A stretch of DNA of 64,000 nt. Origin: a virus. The position numbers were made by a program, and so were the translations under genes. How positions within the stretch are numbered: position 1 is the first letter of the stretch; each line of letters opens with the position of its first letter. The stretch lies in the IMG/VR virus record IMGVR_UViG_3300045988_154481; one strand, written 5' to 3'. Of this stretch, positions 9,760 to 19,340 are shown one piece after another. Under the pieces are notes generated by a model. It was given only the letters and a program-made list of their open reading frames with translations. It made no database searches and was not told the origin of the DNA.

Positions 9760-10250
9760 TACTTTATGCCTGCTACGGTTTACGCACGTGTGATTAAATA
9801 GAATTTATAAGGGAGCGAACGCTAATCGTATCGCCACGATCTTAAATCTATTATGAACGCAGGTCGGTGATGGTCACTATCTCAGCCTCGCCACAACGAA
9901 ATACGCGCTGTCTGCTGTTGTTTTCTTTTTATACATAACTTAAATCAACTGGATTAAACCTTGAAGACGGGTAATCCAGAGAGGGAATTAAAGGCAATCC
10001 TTATAAATAAGCCTGTATTTTACTTCTGCCGTGGTGACGCAGATGAATAAGTGTTTGGTTGATTTAAGGTGAATCGTTTTCTTTGATTGTAGGTTCTTGT
10101 CGTAAGAAGTAACCTACGGGTTGTAGAGTTCGGGCTAACAAGCCCTTAAACCTACTTAACCAACTCTACAAGCTTTGTAAATTTAGTCACTTTACAAAGT
10201 GTAGCTCTACCTGCTGAGCGAGTCCTCTTACGGAGTTCGAGGAAGGATGC
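9760..10250. ncRNA. Structured noncoding region, a candidate ncRNA. It has nested helices: ttgtagagtt/aactctacaa enclosing gggct-aaca-agccc, ctttgtaaa-N9-tttacaaag, and ggatta...taatcc.
   Basis: About 700 nt without a credible ORF, local GC about 45%, and many perfect stems read directly from the sequence. Confidence 0.35.
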
Positions 10251-10433
10251 AGGATGACTTGCGCCAAGGTCCGAAGAATGTCTACTTCGTCGACACAGCA
10301 AGAGATCTTTACTTGAAGGCTCATACTTTCTTTGTTTGTCCAGGGAGTGTAAAGATTTTAATATTTATGTGGCCGATTAATTTATCTATATCTGTAGCCT
10401 GGCAAGCGTTGACAATGCAGATATTTTTTTAAT

Positions 10434-10739
10434 TTGAAAATTATGATTGGAATATATATATTCTGGGGAGTGATGACTATCTTATCCTTTTCACTATGGT
10501 TCATTGCAAGAGCTGCGTGGATTCAGGATACTCCTGATAAAAATAAATGTTTTTGGGTTTGTTTAATAGGAACAATTCTTATACAATTTTTATTATTTGC
10601 AGCAGTAGATACCGTAAGACCTAAAACAACTCTTCCGACAGAGAAAGTAAAAATTATTATTAATAGTAATATTCCCAGAGACTCCATAGAATTAATAGTC
10701 AATTCCAATTATGAAGCATATAGTACTGATCTCCCATAA
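10434..10739 (+). CDS. Membrane protein.
   Basis: 101 aa, N-terminal transmembrane helices. Confidence 0.4.
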   Translation: MKIMIGIYIFWGVMTILSFSLWFIARAAWIQDTPDKNKCFWVCLIGTILIQFLLFAAVDTVRPKTTLPTEKVKIIINSNIPRDSIELIVNSNYEAYSTDLP

Positions 10740-11053
10740 TGGGGAAAATTCTTGGGAATCTTTCTCAACTAAAGAAGATGCTCTGCGTTATATGGATTAC
10801 CTCAAAAATCAATATTACAATGACATCATTGTTATTTACGCTATAATTCCTTAAAAATGGGTGAACATCCTAAAACAGAAGAATTTACCACTCAAGAGTA
10901 TTTTGAAACTCTTATTGGTATGCTCAATACTCCTATAGGGAGAAGAAAAAACTCTGAGGACGTCAATAAGTGTGTCCAAGCTCTGGCAAGCGCTCTTCAA
11001 CAGGGGGCAAAGATCATTATTCCTACAAGATAATTTCTAATTAAATAAACAGT

Positions 11054-11248
11054 ATGAAGGGTGGAAAACCTGGACTGAATGTCCGTCGCAAAGGTGCTCT
11101 TGCTCGCCTGGAAGCTACGTATGCAGCTTTCAAAAAAGCAGGAAAAGACAAGGAGAATCCGATTACGGGAAAAACTGTTCCCTACGATCAGGAACTCGCT
11201 CGTATGGAGCGTGAGATGGCAACTCTCAAATCTCGAATCTACAACTAA
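11054..11248 (+). CDS. Small basic protein.
   Basis: 64-aa ORF. Confidence 0.35.
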   Translation: MKGGKPGLNVRRKGALARLEATYAAFKKAGKDKENPITGKTVPYDQELARMEREMATLKSRIYN

Positions 11249-11259
11249 AGAGAAAACAC

Positions 11260-11448
11260 ATGGCAATTATCGGACAAGTACATCGTATTACTGAGAAACT
11301 CAGACTGGAAGCGATGAAAAAAGAAGCACGTCGGACTCGTCATTACATTCAGAAGATCGAGTTCTTCAACCTGAAAACGAAAAAGAAAGAGATTCGGAAG
11401 ATCGAACATTTCAAGCCCAAGAAGAAAGAGGAAGAAACCGCAGCGTAA
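11260..11448 (+). CDS. Small basic, Lys-rich protein.
   Basis: 62-aa ORF. Confidence 0.35.
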   Translation: MAIIGQVHRITEKLRLEAMKKEARRTRHYIQKIEFFNLKTKKKEIRKIEHFKPKKKEEETAA

Positions 11449-11456
11449 AGCTGCAG

Positions 11457-11529
11457 AGAGCTATAGTATTTATAGGTAAGTACACTACTCTAAGGAGTAG
11501 AGATAGAGGTTCAAATCCTCTTAGCTCTC
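11457..11529 (+). tRNA. tRNA-like gene with an irregular anticodon arm (6-nt loop ctaagg, or a 6-bp stem with a 4-nt loop).
   Basis: Good acceptor (agagcta/tagctct), D-stem (gtat/gtac) and T-arm (agagg-ttcaaat-cctct). The anticodon stem ctact/agtag leaves only 6 loop nucleotides. Confidence 0.4.
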
Positions 11530-11666
11530 CAAGACTTTTAAAATTTGTATAATGGAAAAAGTGACACAAAATGTACCTGATACAGGTTGGATAGATCCTG
11601 ATGAATTCGTGAATGACCCTTGTATCGAAGCCATAGAGGATGAAGAACCTCTTAACATAGAATAAT

Positions 11667-12086
11667 ATGTACATAATAACTTTAATTTTAGGAATTGTAG
11701 GTGTCGTCCTTCTTGCTTTTGCAATCAGGGAAGATGAAGATGATCGAGCCTTCCCGTTGGGAATATTATCAGTAGTCTCTCTGATATGCTCAGTGATACT
11801 CTGGTGCTATACTGACACCAAGCATGAACGAGAACAACCCTTAACAACAATTTCAACTTTTGTTGAGGAGCATTCTCAATACCTCTCTCCAACTACAGTG
11901 AGAACTGTAAGTGCAGCACCTATTCGGGAAATGCCTGATGGATGTTTCGTATACAGTGTTATTCTGGTTGATCAGGACTCTATGTATACGTATTCTGCAG
12001 TTTTAGATCCTGAAAACATCGAGGTAGTTAATTTTATTCTCGAAGAATCTATTCCTCGACTCGAAAATCATCAAAATAAAAAATAA
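11667..12086 (+). CDS. Membrane-anchored hypothetical protein.
   Basis: 139 aa with an N-terminal transmembrane segment. Confidence 0.4.
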   Translation: MYIITLILGIVGVVLLAFAIREDEDDRAFPLGILSVVSLICSVILWCYTDTKHEREQPLTTISTFVEEHSQYLSPTTVRTVSAAPIREMPDGCFVYSVILVDQDSMYTYSAVLDPENIEVVNFILEESIPRLENHQNKK

Positions 12087-12089
12087 ACA

Positions 12090-12752
12090 ATGGCAAAAAA
12101 TCGTCTTTTTGGTTGGATGTTCGTTGAGGACTCCAATAAAGAGTCTGAGACAGTTAAGCCTCGTACTTCACAGGAAGCATCTGCTCCTGCTACGGTTGCT
12201 GTTCCCAGTCCTGTCGTAACTTCTGTGCCTGCTCCCACAATTATGGCATCAGGAGATGTAGATACCAAACTGGTGGAACTCCTGGAGCGTAAGATCAACG
12301 AAGCAAATCTTCCTGGCCCTGACTATCTGGAACTTCTTCAGTCAGCGGAACAGATGAAGCAGTATATCCCTGATGAGACTACACGTCTCAAAGCTGCTTT
12401 CGGTTCCATTCAGGGCATGGATCCTCGGATGACGAAGGATGTCGTTCTGGCATCGATTGACACCTATCTGGGTGTGATTGAAGCTGAACGAGGAAAAGCA
12501 AAGCTTCGCATGGAGAAGCTCCGTAAGGAGACTGTCGAGGACAAGGCAGAGGAGTTGAAAGCAACGAATCTTCGTATCGAGCAGCTTCGTGAGGAACTGA
12601 AAACTCTCACGGACAAGTCGATTGATCTCAACTCAGAGATCCAGAAGAATACAGCTGAAACCGCTGCTTTCGAAGCTCGAACGAATGCAACCATCGACAA
12701 GGTTACGAATCGCCTGAGTGAGGACAAGGTCCGACTGGCACAAATTCTGTAA
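12090..12752 (+). CDS. Coiled-coil protein (GC-richer, TGA-free).
   Basis: 220 aa with a long heptad-like C-terminal half. Confidence 0.5.
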   Translation: MAKNRLFGWMFVEDSNKESETVKPRTSQEASAPATVAVPSPVVTSVPAPTIMASGDVDTKLVELLERKINEANLPGPDYLELLQSAEQMKQYIPDETTRLKAAFGSIQGMDPRMTKDVVLASIDTYLGVIEAERGKAKLRMEKLRKETVEDKAEELKATNLRIEQLREELKTLTDKSIDLNSEIQKNTAETAAFEARTNATIDKVTNRLSEDKVRLAQIL

Positions 12753-12754
12753 GT

Positions 12755-13789
12755 ATGATGCTGCCTGAAGGTTCAAGTCTCTCTAACTGGGAAAAACCAG
12801 GAGGCAAAACTGGTATGGTAGTTTTGGGTTTGTTAGGTGCAGGAGGGTTGATGCTTTTTTATAAAGCTCTTCCTTTCCTGATTACCCTGGCATCCAATAC
12901 ACTGTACCTTGGACTGCTCCTGGGATTAATTGCAGGAATTATCTATCTCCTGTGTGATCCCAAGTTCAGGAAAATCTGCTCTGCCACTTACTTTATGTTA
13001 ATGAGAAAGCTGACTGGATTGGTTATCGAAATCGATCCTATTGCTATCGTGGAACAACGTATCCGTGATATGCAGAAAAAGTCAGCTGACATTAAAAAGG
13101 TAATGGGAGATCTCAGAGGTTGTATCATTCGTTCTAAGAACGATATTCAGAACGATACAAGGGAAATGCGTAATTGCATGGATGAAGCACAAGTGTCTGA
13201 GCGTAATGGAAACATTGCAATGGCAACAATTCAGAAACGCCAAGCACTTCGTCTTAAAGAATCGTTGGATGATCAGTTACTTGCTCTTAAGAACTCAGAA
13301 ATGTGGTTTGAAAAGCTTAAAAAGCTTGAAGAGTATGCAAATCTGACAATTCAGGATGTTACTAACGAAGTAAATATTCGAAAGAAAACATTCGAACGAA
13401 TCCGTGCACAGCATAAAGCTTTCAAATCTGTAATGTCTATCGTTAAGGGTGATCCTGACGAATTGGCAATGTTCACTGATGCTATGGATTTCATGGCAAA
13501 AGATATCTCTGATAAGATCGGAGAGATGGAACATGTCATTGACTCTACTACAGGTATGTTGGCTGATTTGGATGCAAAGAATGGTGTTGCCAATATGAGG
13601 GCAGAAGAACTACTGGAACGATACAACAAGTCAGGAATTGACAGTCTCTTTAATAAGTTCTCTGATGGTCGCAAGGCTATCACTGCACCCAAAGTAGGAG
13701 AGTATGTTCAGTTCCAGGAAATTCTCAAAGTCCCTGTAAATGGTAACGAAGTTTCTCCTAAATCCCTCGACGACTTCTGGGGTGAGTAA
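12755..13789 (+). CDS. Membrane-anchored coiled-coil protein. TelA-like is a possibility I could not verify.
   Basis: 344 aa with two N-terminal transmembrane helices. Confidence 0.45.
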   Translation: MMLPEGSSLSNWEKPGGKTGMVVLGLLGAGGLMLFYKALPFLITLASNTLYLGLLLGLIAGIIYLLCDPKFRKICSATYFMLMRKLTGLVIEIDPIAIVEQRIRDMQKKSADIKKVMGDLRGCIIRSKNDIQNDTREMRNCMDEAQVSERNGNIAMATIQKRQALRLKESLDDQLLALKNSEMWFEKLKKLEEYANLTIQDVTNEVNIRKKTFERIRAQHKAFKSVMSIVKGDPDELAMFTDAMDFMAKDISDKIGEMEHVIDSTTGMLADLDAKNGVANMRAEELLERYNKSGIDSLFNKFSDGRKAITAPKVGEYVQFQEILKVPVNGNEVSPKSLDDFWGE

Positions 13790-14525
13790 ATTTTTCCTGA
13801 ATAATAGGAATATTGCTATATGTATTCTTTTGAATACTGTAGTGATATTTCTATTGTCCTTTCACCGATTTCAACATGTCCTTTTGCCACTAGATGTGGC
13901 ATTTACCATATTCTTTATAATAGAGATGATTGTTAAGATTAAATGTCTTGGCAAATCATTCTTTAAGGATAAAGAATGTGTTTTTGATTTATTAATTGTT
14001 GTAGTTTCATCGATCCCATTATTTGGGTTGTTCAGTTTAGATTGGATTCAAGTAATGCGATTAACTCGAATATTTAAGAGTCTTCGATTGTTTGAATTGA
14101 TTCCTAATTACAAAAAGTTACTCATCAATTTTAGGTTAGTAATTCGAAGTTGTATTGGAATCTTAGTAGGATTATCTATTTTGATTTTTCTATTATCAAT
14201 TATTCTGTCTTCTTTATATGGAAGTATTGTTCCAGAGTATTTTGGAAATCCCCTTGAAAGTATTTATTCAGTTTTCCGATTGTTTTCTATTGAGGGTTGG
14301 TATGATATTCCAAATGCTATTGCCGAACATAGTTCCTATATAATGGGATATTTGTCTAAGTTTTTCTTATCAGGTATAGTTCTTGTTTTCGGTATATTCG
14401 GAATGGGATTTGTATCATCTATGTTTATTGATGAGGTAACTTCAGATAATAATGATGAAGTTCTACAACGATTAAGTAAGTTAGAAGAAATTTTAAAGAA
14501 AATACAAGAAAATGGCACAACTTAA
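13740..14525 (+). CDS. Voltage-gated cation channel homologue (single 6TM Ion_trans domain, BacNaV/NaChBac-like). The start is uncertain: the ORF 5' end overlaps the previous gene, and a TTG or GTG near 13830 is possible.
   Basis: S4-like segment RLTRIFKSLRLFEL, with a basic residue every third position. Pore-like motif FRLFSIEGWYD (S/T-x-E-x-W). Six hydrophobic segments, 261 aa. Confidence 0.6.
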   Translation: MVTKFLLNPSTTSGVSKFFLNNRNIAICILLNTVVIFLLSFHRFQHVLLPLDVAFTIFFIIEMIVKIKCLGKSFFKDKECVFDLLIVVVSSIPLFGLFSLDWIQVMRLTRIFKSLRLFELIPNYKKLLINFRLVIRSCIGILVGLSILIFLLSIILSSLYGSIVPEYFGNPLESIYSVFRLFSIEGWYDIPNAIAEHSSYIMGYLSKFFLSGIVLVFGIFGMGFVSSMFIDEVTSDNNDEVLQRLSKLEEILKKIQENGTT

Positions 14526-16038
14526 GCCAGGATTCAAAGTAGTCCTGATCATGGTCGCTGTAATTGCAGCATTTTTCGTAATCAAAGCCGTCGTCCCTTC
14601 CTCCTCGTCGTCGGGGCCATCCTCTACTTCGGGTCTCGGCGACATCTTCGGAGGAAAACCGACCATCAACATCGGAGTTAACACGTATGCGGGGTTTGCT
14701 CCCATCGTGTGGATTAACGGTGGTCTTCGTCCCAATGACGAGTCTATCCTGACTAAGGAGTATGGCATTCGTGCCAATATCATTATCCAGGATGATTTTG
14801 TTGCTGGACGCAACGCTTTCCTGAATGGGGATATCGACCTTATTTATTGTACTACGGATGTATTGGCCGTAGAGATGGGTGAAGGTTCCGCAATGAACAG
14901 TGCTAAGTATGTAATGATGCTTAACCGTTCTCAGGGGGCAGATGCAATGGTAGTTACCAAGAATATTCGTACCGTTGCAGATCTTAAGGGTAAAAAGATT
15001 GCAGTAGCTGAAGGAACTGCATCTCATACTCTTCTTCTGAATATTCTTGAAACGAACGGAATTAGCCAGCATGACGTAACACTTGTGAAAGTTGATAACG
15101 GTGGTGCTGCAGCTGACACATTTAAAGCTGGTCAGGTAGATGCTTGTGTTACATGGGCACCTGATGATCAAGCTTGTGTAGATGCTATTCCTGGTTCGAG
15201 AGTTCTCGTTTCAACCAAACATGCAAAAGACCTTGTAACAGATGGTCTTGTGGGAAAGGCAGAGTGGCTGGATAAGAATCATGACAATGTCAAGAAACTT
15301 ATTTCCGCAATTCTCTATGCTAATTCTACCCTGAATCAGAATCCGAATGCAGTGAAAGAAGCTTCGAAGATCTTCGCAAAAGCGTTTGGAACTGATCCTG
15401 AGTTTGCAGAATTGGGATGTGGGAGTATCTGGTTCGCTACTCTCGGTGATGAAGAAAATTTCTTTGGTATGACTTCCGATTATATGGGAATGAAGGCTGA
15501 AGAAATCTATTCAAAGATGGCTCGAACCTATGCTAGCCTTGGGCTTACTAAAAGTCCTCTGGGTTGGCGTAAAGTTTCCGACATGTCTTTCATCGAAGAG
15601 CTTTCCAGTGAGGGTACTGTGCAGGGCAATCAGGCTCCTCAACCCGCAGTTAAGTTCTCTGCTGTAACATCAGAAGTCAGGGAAAAACAGGCAATTTCTA
15701 ATAAGAAGTTGACTATTAATTTCCCTGTCAATGGTGACATCCTCGACAATGATGCTCGAGCTCTTATTGATCGAGAGTTTGTTCCGATTGCGAAGCAGTT
15801 CAACAATGCACGCGTTCGTATTGAAGGTAATACTGATAATACAGGTAATCGTGCATACAACGAGTCTCTTTCGTCTCGACGGGCTCAGGCTGTAGCTAAT
15901 TATTTAATTAATGACTACGGTTTTGATCCTAATCGGTTCATTATTGTTGGTAACGGTCCTAAGAATGCAATCCGTGACGGTGTGCAGGGTTCCAATATCA
16001 ACTATCGGACAACTGACTTTATGCTCGTAACTGAGTAA
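14512..16038 (+). CDS. ABC transporter substrate-binding protein (NMT1/NitT/TauT-like) fused to a C-terminal OmpA-like domain.
   Basis: Signal-anchor then a Ser-rich linker. C-terminal NTDNTGNRAYNESLSSRRAQAVANYL is the OmpA signature. All Trp codons are TGG. Confidence 0.65.
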   Translation: MAQLKPGFKVVLIMVAVIAAFFVIKAVVPSSSSSGPSSTSGLGDIFGGKPTINIGVNTYAGFAPIVWINGGLRPNDESILTKEYGIRANIIIQDDFVAGRNAFLNGDIDLIYCTTDVLAVEMGEGSAMNSAKYVMMLNRSQGADAMVVTKNIRTVADLKGKKIAVAEGTASHTLLLNILETNGISQHDVTLVKVDNGGAAADTFKAGQVDACVTWAPDDQACVDAIPGSRVLVSTKHAKDLVTDGLVGKAEWLDKNHDNVKKLISAILYANSTLNQNPNAVKEASKIFAKAFGTDPEFAELGCGSIWFATLGDEENFFGMTSDYMGMKAEEIYSKMARTYASLGLTKSPLGWRKVSDMSFIEELSSEGTVQGNQAPQPAVKFSAVTSEVREKQAISNKKLTINFPVNGDILDNDARALIDREFVPIAKQFNNARVRIEGNTDNTGNRAYNESLSSRRAQAVANYLINDYGFDPNRFIIVGNGPKNAIRDGVQGSNINYRTTDFMLVTE

Positions 16039-16039
16039 T

Positions 16040-16876
16040 ATGCAGTTGTTCAAAATGGGTGGGACGATCACCCATAAACAAGCATTGGCAACAGGTATCA
16101 TAGGAGCAATAGTTCTGCTGCTCCTATGGTATCTAGTTACCATGTCAGGAGAAATCATTCGTCCTCAGATTTTACCAAATCCTGTAAATGTGCTCAAGGC
16201 ATATCCAGATTTAATCTCCAACTCAGCTCTCTTTACTAATACTTGGTATACAGTAAAGCTGAACCTTATGGGATATTTCTATGCTTTAATTATTGCAATC
16301 CCTTTGGGCCTTATTATAGGATTGTTTCCCGTTACTAAAGCGTTATTTGGTAAGTACTTTGATGCCCTTCGTTATCTCCCTATACCTGCAGTGTCTGGCA
16401 TTTTTATCGCTGCTATAGGTATTGGATTCGATATGAAGGCTAGTTTTTTAGCTTTCGGCATTATTATTTACATTCTTCCTGTCGTTGTTCAACGAGTTTC
16501 TGAACTTCAGAATCCCGCTAATGATAAGGATTATGTGTATTTACAAACCATTTCAACGTTAGGTGCAACTAATTGGCAGAAATTTCGATATGTTTATTTT
16601 CCTTATGTAATGCAGCGAGTTTCCACTGATGTCATTAATCTAACTGCTATTTCTTACACTTATATAGTGATTGCAGAAACCCTTAACAAGGAAGGTGGCA
16701 TTGGTGCGCTGATAAACATAATGAGCAGACAGTCAAGAACTGCCGAAGTCTATGCACTTCTCTTCTTGATTATTGCTATCGGAATTCTCCAAGATGTCCT
16801 TCTAAAGAAATTGGATGTTGTGCTCTTTCCTTCAAAGTACAATAAGCCATCCATCAAATCCAAAATAATGAAATAA
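16040..16876 (+). CDS. ABC transporter permease.
   Basis: 278 aa with 6 predicted transmembrane segments, sitting between the binding-protein and ATPase genes. Confidence 0.6.
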   Translation: MQLFKMGGTITHKQALATGIIGAIVLLLLWYLVTMSGEIIRPQILPNPVNVLKAYPDLISNSALFTNTWYTVKLNLMGYFYALIIAIPLGLIIGLFPVTKALFGKYFDALRYLPIPAVSGIFIAAIGIGFDMKASFLAFGIIIYILPVVVQRVSELQNPANDKDYVYLQTISTLGATNWQKFRYVYFPYVMQRVSTDVINLTAISYTYIVIAETLNKEGGIGALINIMSRQSRTAEVYALLFLIIAIGILQDVLLKKLDVVLFPSKYNKPSIKSKIMK

Positions 16877-16878
16877 GT

Positions 16879-17715
16879 ATGGGGCTCTTTGATGGTTTAA
16901 CTGGATCCGTTCCAGTTCCCACATCTCGTTGTGAGGCTGTGGATGTAATTAACTTGAAAAATCTTAACCAGTCTTTTGATACTCCTAAAGGAAAGTTCAC
17001 TCTCTTTAAGGATTTTAGTCTGGATATAAAAGATTTCTCAGGAGAAGGGCAGTTTATCAGTATCTTAGGAAAGAGTGGTTGTGGTAAATCTCAGCTGCTC
17101 AAAATCATCTCTGGGCTTACACAGCCAGATTCAGGTGAAGTTCTTGTCTATGGAAAACCACAGACAGGAAAAATTCCTATGGTATTTCAGCAGTATTCTT
17201 CATTTCCATGGATGTCAGTTCTTGACAATGTAAAACTTCCGCTCATACTTCGAGGAGTTTCTGATAAAGAAGCTACAGAGAGGGCTATGAAAATGATCAA
17301 AATTGTAGGTCTGGAAGGTAATGAAACTAAATGGGGTCAATATCCTGTGTTATCAGGAGGACAGCTTCAACGAGTTTCAATGGCGCGAGCCCTGGTTGCA
17401 GATAACAAAATTCTTTTGTTAGATGAAGCCACTGGTGCATTAGATATTGTTATGAAACGAGAGATTCAGAACACCATTTTGGATATCTATTATAACGCCA
17501 AATTCGATCCTACAATCCTCAATGTTACACATAGCATTGAGGAGGCTGTGTATCTCTCAAATCGAATTTACATTTTAGCTCCTAATCCCTGTAAAGTTCA
17601 GGCTGTCATTGATGTTAACTTTGACGGTAGGAGAACTGATGCAATTCGTCAAACTGCAGCATTTGCAAATTATGTGAAACAAGTAGAACAAGTAATGTCA
17701 GAAACACATGAGTAA
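16879..17715 (+). CDS. ABC transporter ATP-binding protein.
   Basis: Walker A GKSGCGKS, signature LSGGQLQRVSMARAL, Walker B LLLDEATGALD. Confidence 0.85.
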   Translation: MGLFDGLTGSVPVPTSRCEAVDVINLKNLNQSFDTPKGKFTLFKDFSLDIKDFSGEGQFISILGKSGCGKSQLLKIISGLTQPDSGEVLVYGKPQTGKIPMVFQQYSSFPWMSVLDNVKLPLILRGVSDKEATERAMKMIKIVGLEGNETKWGQYPVLSGGQLQRVSMARALVADNKILLLDEATGALDIVMKREIQNTILDIYYNAKFDPTILNVTHSIEEAVYLSNRIYILAPNPCKVQAVIDVNFDGRRTDAIRQTAAFANYVKQVEQVMSETHE

Positions 17716-17904
17716 AATCAATTTCAAAGCTTTTCCTATGTATTTCAAGGAGAAGGTCTATGATGCCGAGGGCAATGTAAAGTGTAACAAAGATGGCGAA
17801 ATCGTTTACCAGCGTGTACAGCGTATGGTACGTCATAACGCAGCCTACTTTCCTAACCGAAAGTAAAACGGTTCTTTGAAACTCTGGTCGGGGATTAAAT
17901 TCTC

Positions 17905-17975
17905 CGACTTTTATGGTGGAGTCGTCTAGCGATTTAGGACGCCAGTTCTCAGCTGGAAACAGTAGTTTGAATCTG
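17905..17975 (+). tRNA. tRNA-Glu-like, degenerate (4-bp anticodon stem, loop ttCTCag, 71 nt).
   Basis: Acceptor ggtggag/ctccact; Glu-type D-arm gtctagcgatttaggac; T-arm agtag-tttgaat-ctgct with one GU pair. The anticodon stem ccag/ctgg is closed by a G.A mismatch. Confidence 0.4.
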
Positions 17976-18190
17976 CTCTCCACTACACTATTTTAATTAT
18001 TTAATTTAGTTAGGGGTGCTCCTATATAATGCACGGTAGGATATTACCTAAGTATGCCCGAGCTAGTTGCTGAGAATCTCGTTAAACTTTAGAAATGTGG
18101 GTTTCAGAATTTATAATCCCCGCAGCTAAAAAATTCTTCAGATACTATCAACTGGGAGCCTAACGGTATCCTCTTTGATAGTATCTATTT

Positions 18191-18264
18191 GGTCTGTTCG
18201 TCTAGTGGCTTAGGACATTACCCTCTCAAGGTAAAGACAGTTTAAGGTTCGAATCCTCTACAGA
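18191..18264 (+). tRNA. tRNA-Glu(CUC)-like with a weak T-stem.
   Basis: Acceptor ggtctgt/acagact; D-arm gtctagtggcttaggac; anticodon stem ttacc/ggtaa with loop ctCTCaa. The T-stem taagg/cctct has only 3 base pairs. Confidence 0.45.
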
Positions 18265-18282
18265 CTACTAATATAGTAAACT

Positions 18283-18657
18283 ATGAAACTTAACAAATAT
18301 AAAATGAAAATAGGAATTCCTGAATCTGTGGAATTTCTTGTATATGGAAAAGATAATTTTGAGATTCCCAAGGAGATAGAAGAAATAACTCTTCTTCAGG
18401 AAAATCTCAATAAAGAAGAGTTGGATGCAAACTTTGATCTTCCTATATATGAATTTACTGACTTCATGATTCTCTTCCTTCCTTTTAAAGGAAAACAGAA
18501 GAGAACTAGAGACAAAATTCTAAATGAAGTAGGAATTGTTTGTTGGGGAGACTTAGAAGTTGCGTATTACAACATTCGAAAACATGGAAGTACTCTTTCT
18601 AAAAAGCAGCGAGAGCTAGTTGTTGAAAAATACTCAGAAATAATCAATGGAATATAA
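18283..18657 (+). CDS. Hypothetical protein.
   Basis: 124-aa ORF. Confidence 0.4.
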   Translation: MKLNKYKMKIGIPESVEFLVYGKDNFEIPKEIEEITLLQENLNKEELDANFDLPIYEFTDFMILFLPFKGKQKRTRDKILNEVGIVCWGDLEVAYYNIRKHGSTLSKKQRELVVEKYSEIINGI

Positions 18658-18913
18658 ACGTGTAAAACTCACAAAAGTAGGACTCACTGGTAGAATTCCT
18701 GATGGATTGCATCCTAACGGAATTGAAGTGGGTTATATAGAGGAAGGTTATATGGTAGAACCTCCTAAAGTTGGAGAAATGTTTCTTCTCTATCCTCACA
18801 ATAAAGTAACCTTTGGTAATACTCCCCATTTTCATACCTCTCTTGTAACAGAGGTAATCTCAGATACTGAATTCAGAACGTTAAACAGTTTATATAAAAT
18901 AGAAGTAATATAG
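18647..18913 (+). CDS. Hypothetical protein.
   Basis: 88-aa ORF. Confidence 0.4.
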   Translation: MEYKRVKLTKVGLTGRIPDGLHPNGIEVGYIEEGYMVEPPKVGEMFLLYPHNKVTFGNTPHFHTSLVTEVISDTEFRTLNSLYKIEVI

Positions 18914-18923
18914 AAGGATTAGG

Positions 18924-19130
18924 TTGATGGAGAGACAACTATATAGAGAAGTATGGGTAGGTCCAGGAACAGAACTTATAGAAGTTTCTGAAGAAGAAGT
19001 CAAAGCAGCTAAAGAAGAGTATGCTAAGACAGGCAAATGTGATTGTATCTATATCTATGATGAATTCAGTTACTGTGACTACTATCTAAGGTACTGTGGT
19101 ATCTGTGGAAGCCTTGTTTCATTAATATAA
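18924..19130 (+). CDS. Cys-rich small protein.
   Basis: 68 aa with CDC...C..C...CGIC. Confidence 0.35.
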   Translation: MMERQLYREVWVGPGTELIEVSEEEVKAAKEEYAKTGKCDCIYIYDEFSYCDYYLRYCGICGSLVSLI

Positions 19131-19148
19131 TACCAAGAGAAGTAAATT

Positions 19149-19340
19149 ATGGAAATGCAAGATACACATAAAGGATATTGGCGTATTAATAAGGGTAAGA
19201 CAAAGATTCTGGTGCATCCAGGATCAGCTCATCCTTATAAGCCTACGTCCTTTATTTACAACACAGATCCTCCTTGTAAAAGTAAAGCAGACTTCTACGA
19301 GATCAGAAGGGTTGTCAGATCTCTATATACAGAGGAATAA
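19149..19340 (+). CDS. Hypothetical small protein.
   Basis: 63-aa ORF. Confidence 0.35.
   Translation: MEMQDTHKGYWRINKGKTKILVHPGSAHPYKPTSFIYNTDPPCKSKADFYEIRRVVRSLYTEE

Noticed and set aside
15639-16158. Minus-strand ORFs 15639..15860, 15904..16158, 14425..15171 and 14493..14813 inside the ABC binding-protein gene.
   Set aside because: They are antisense to a gene with strong domain evidence.
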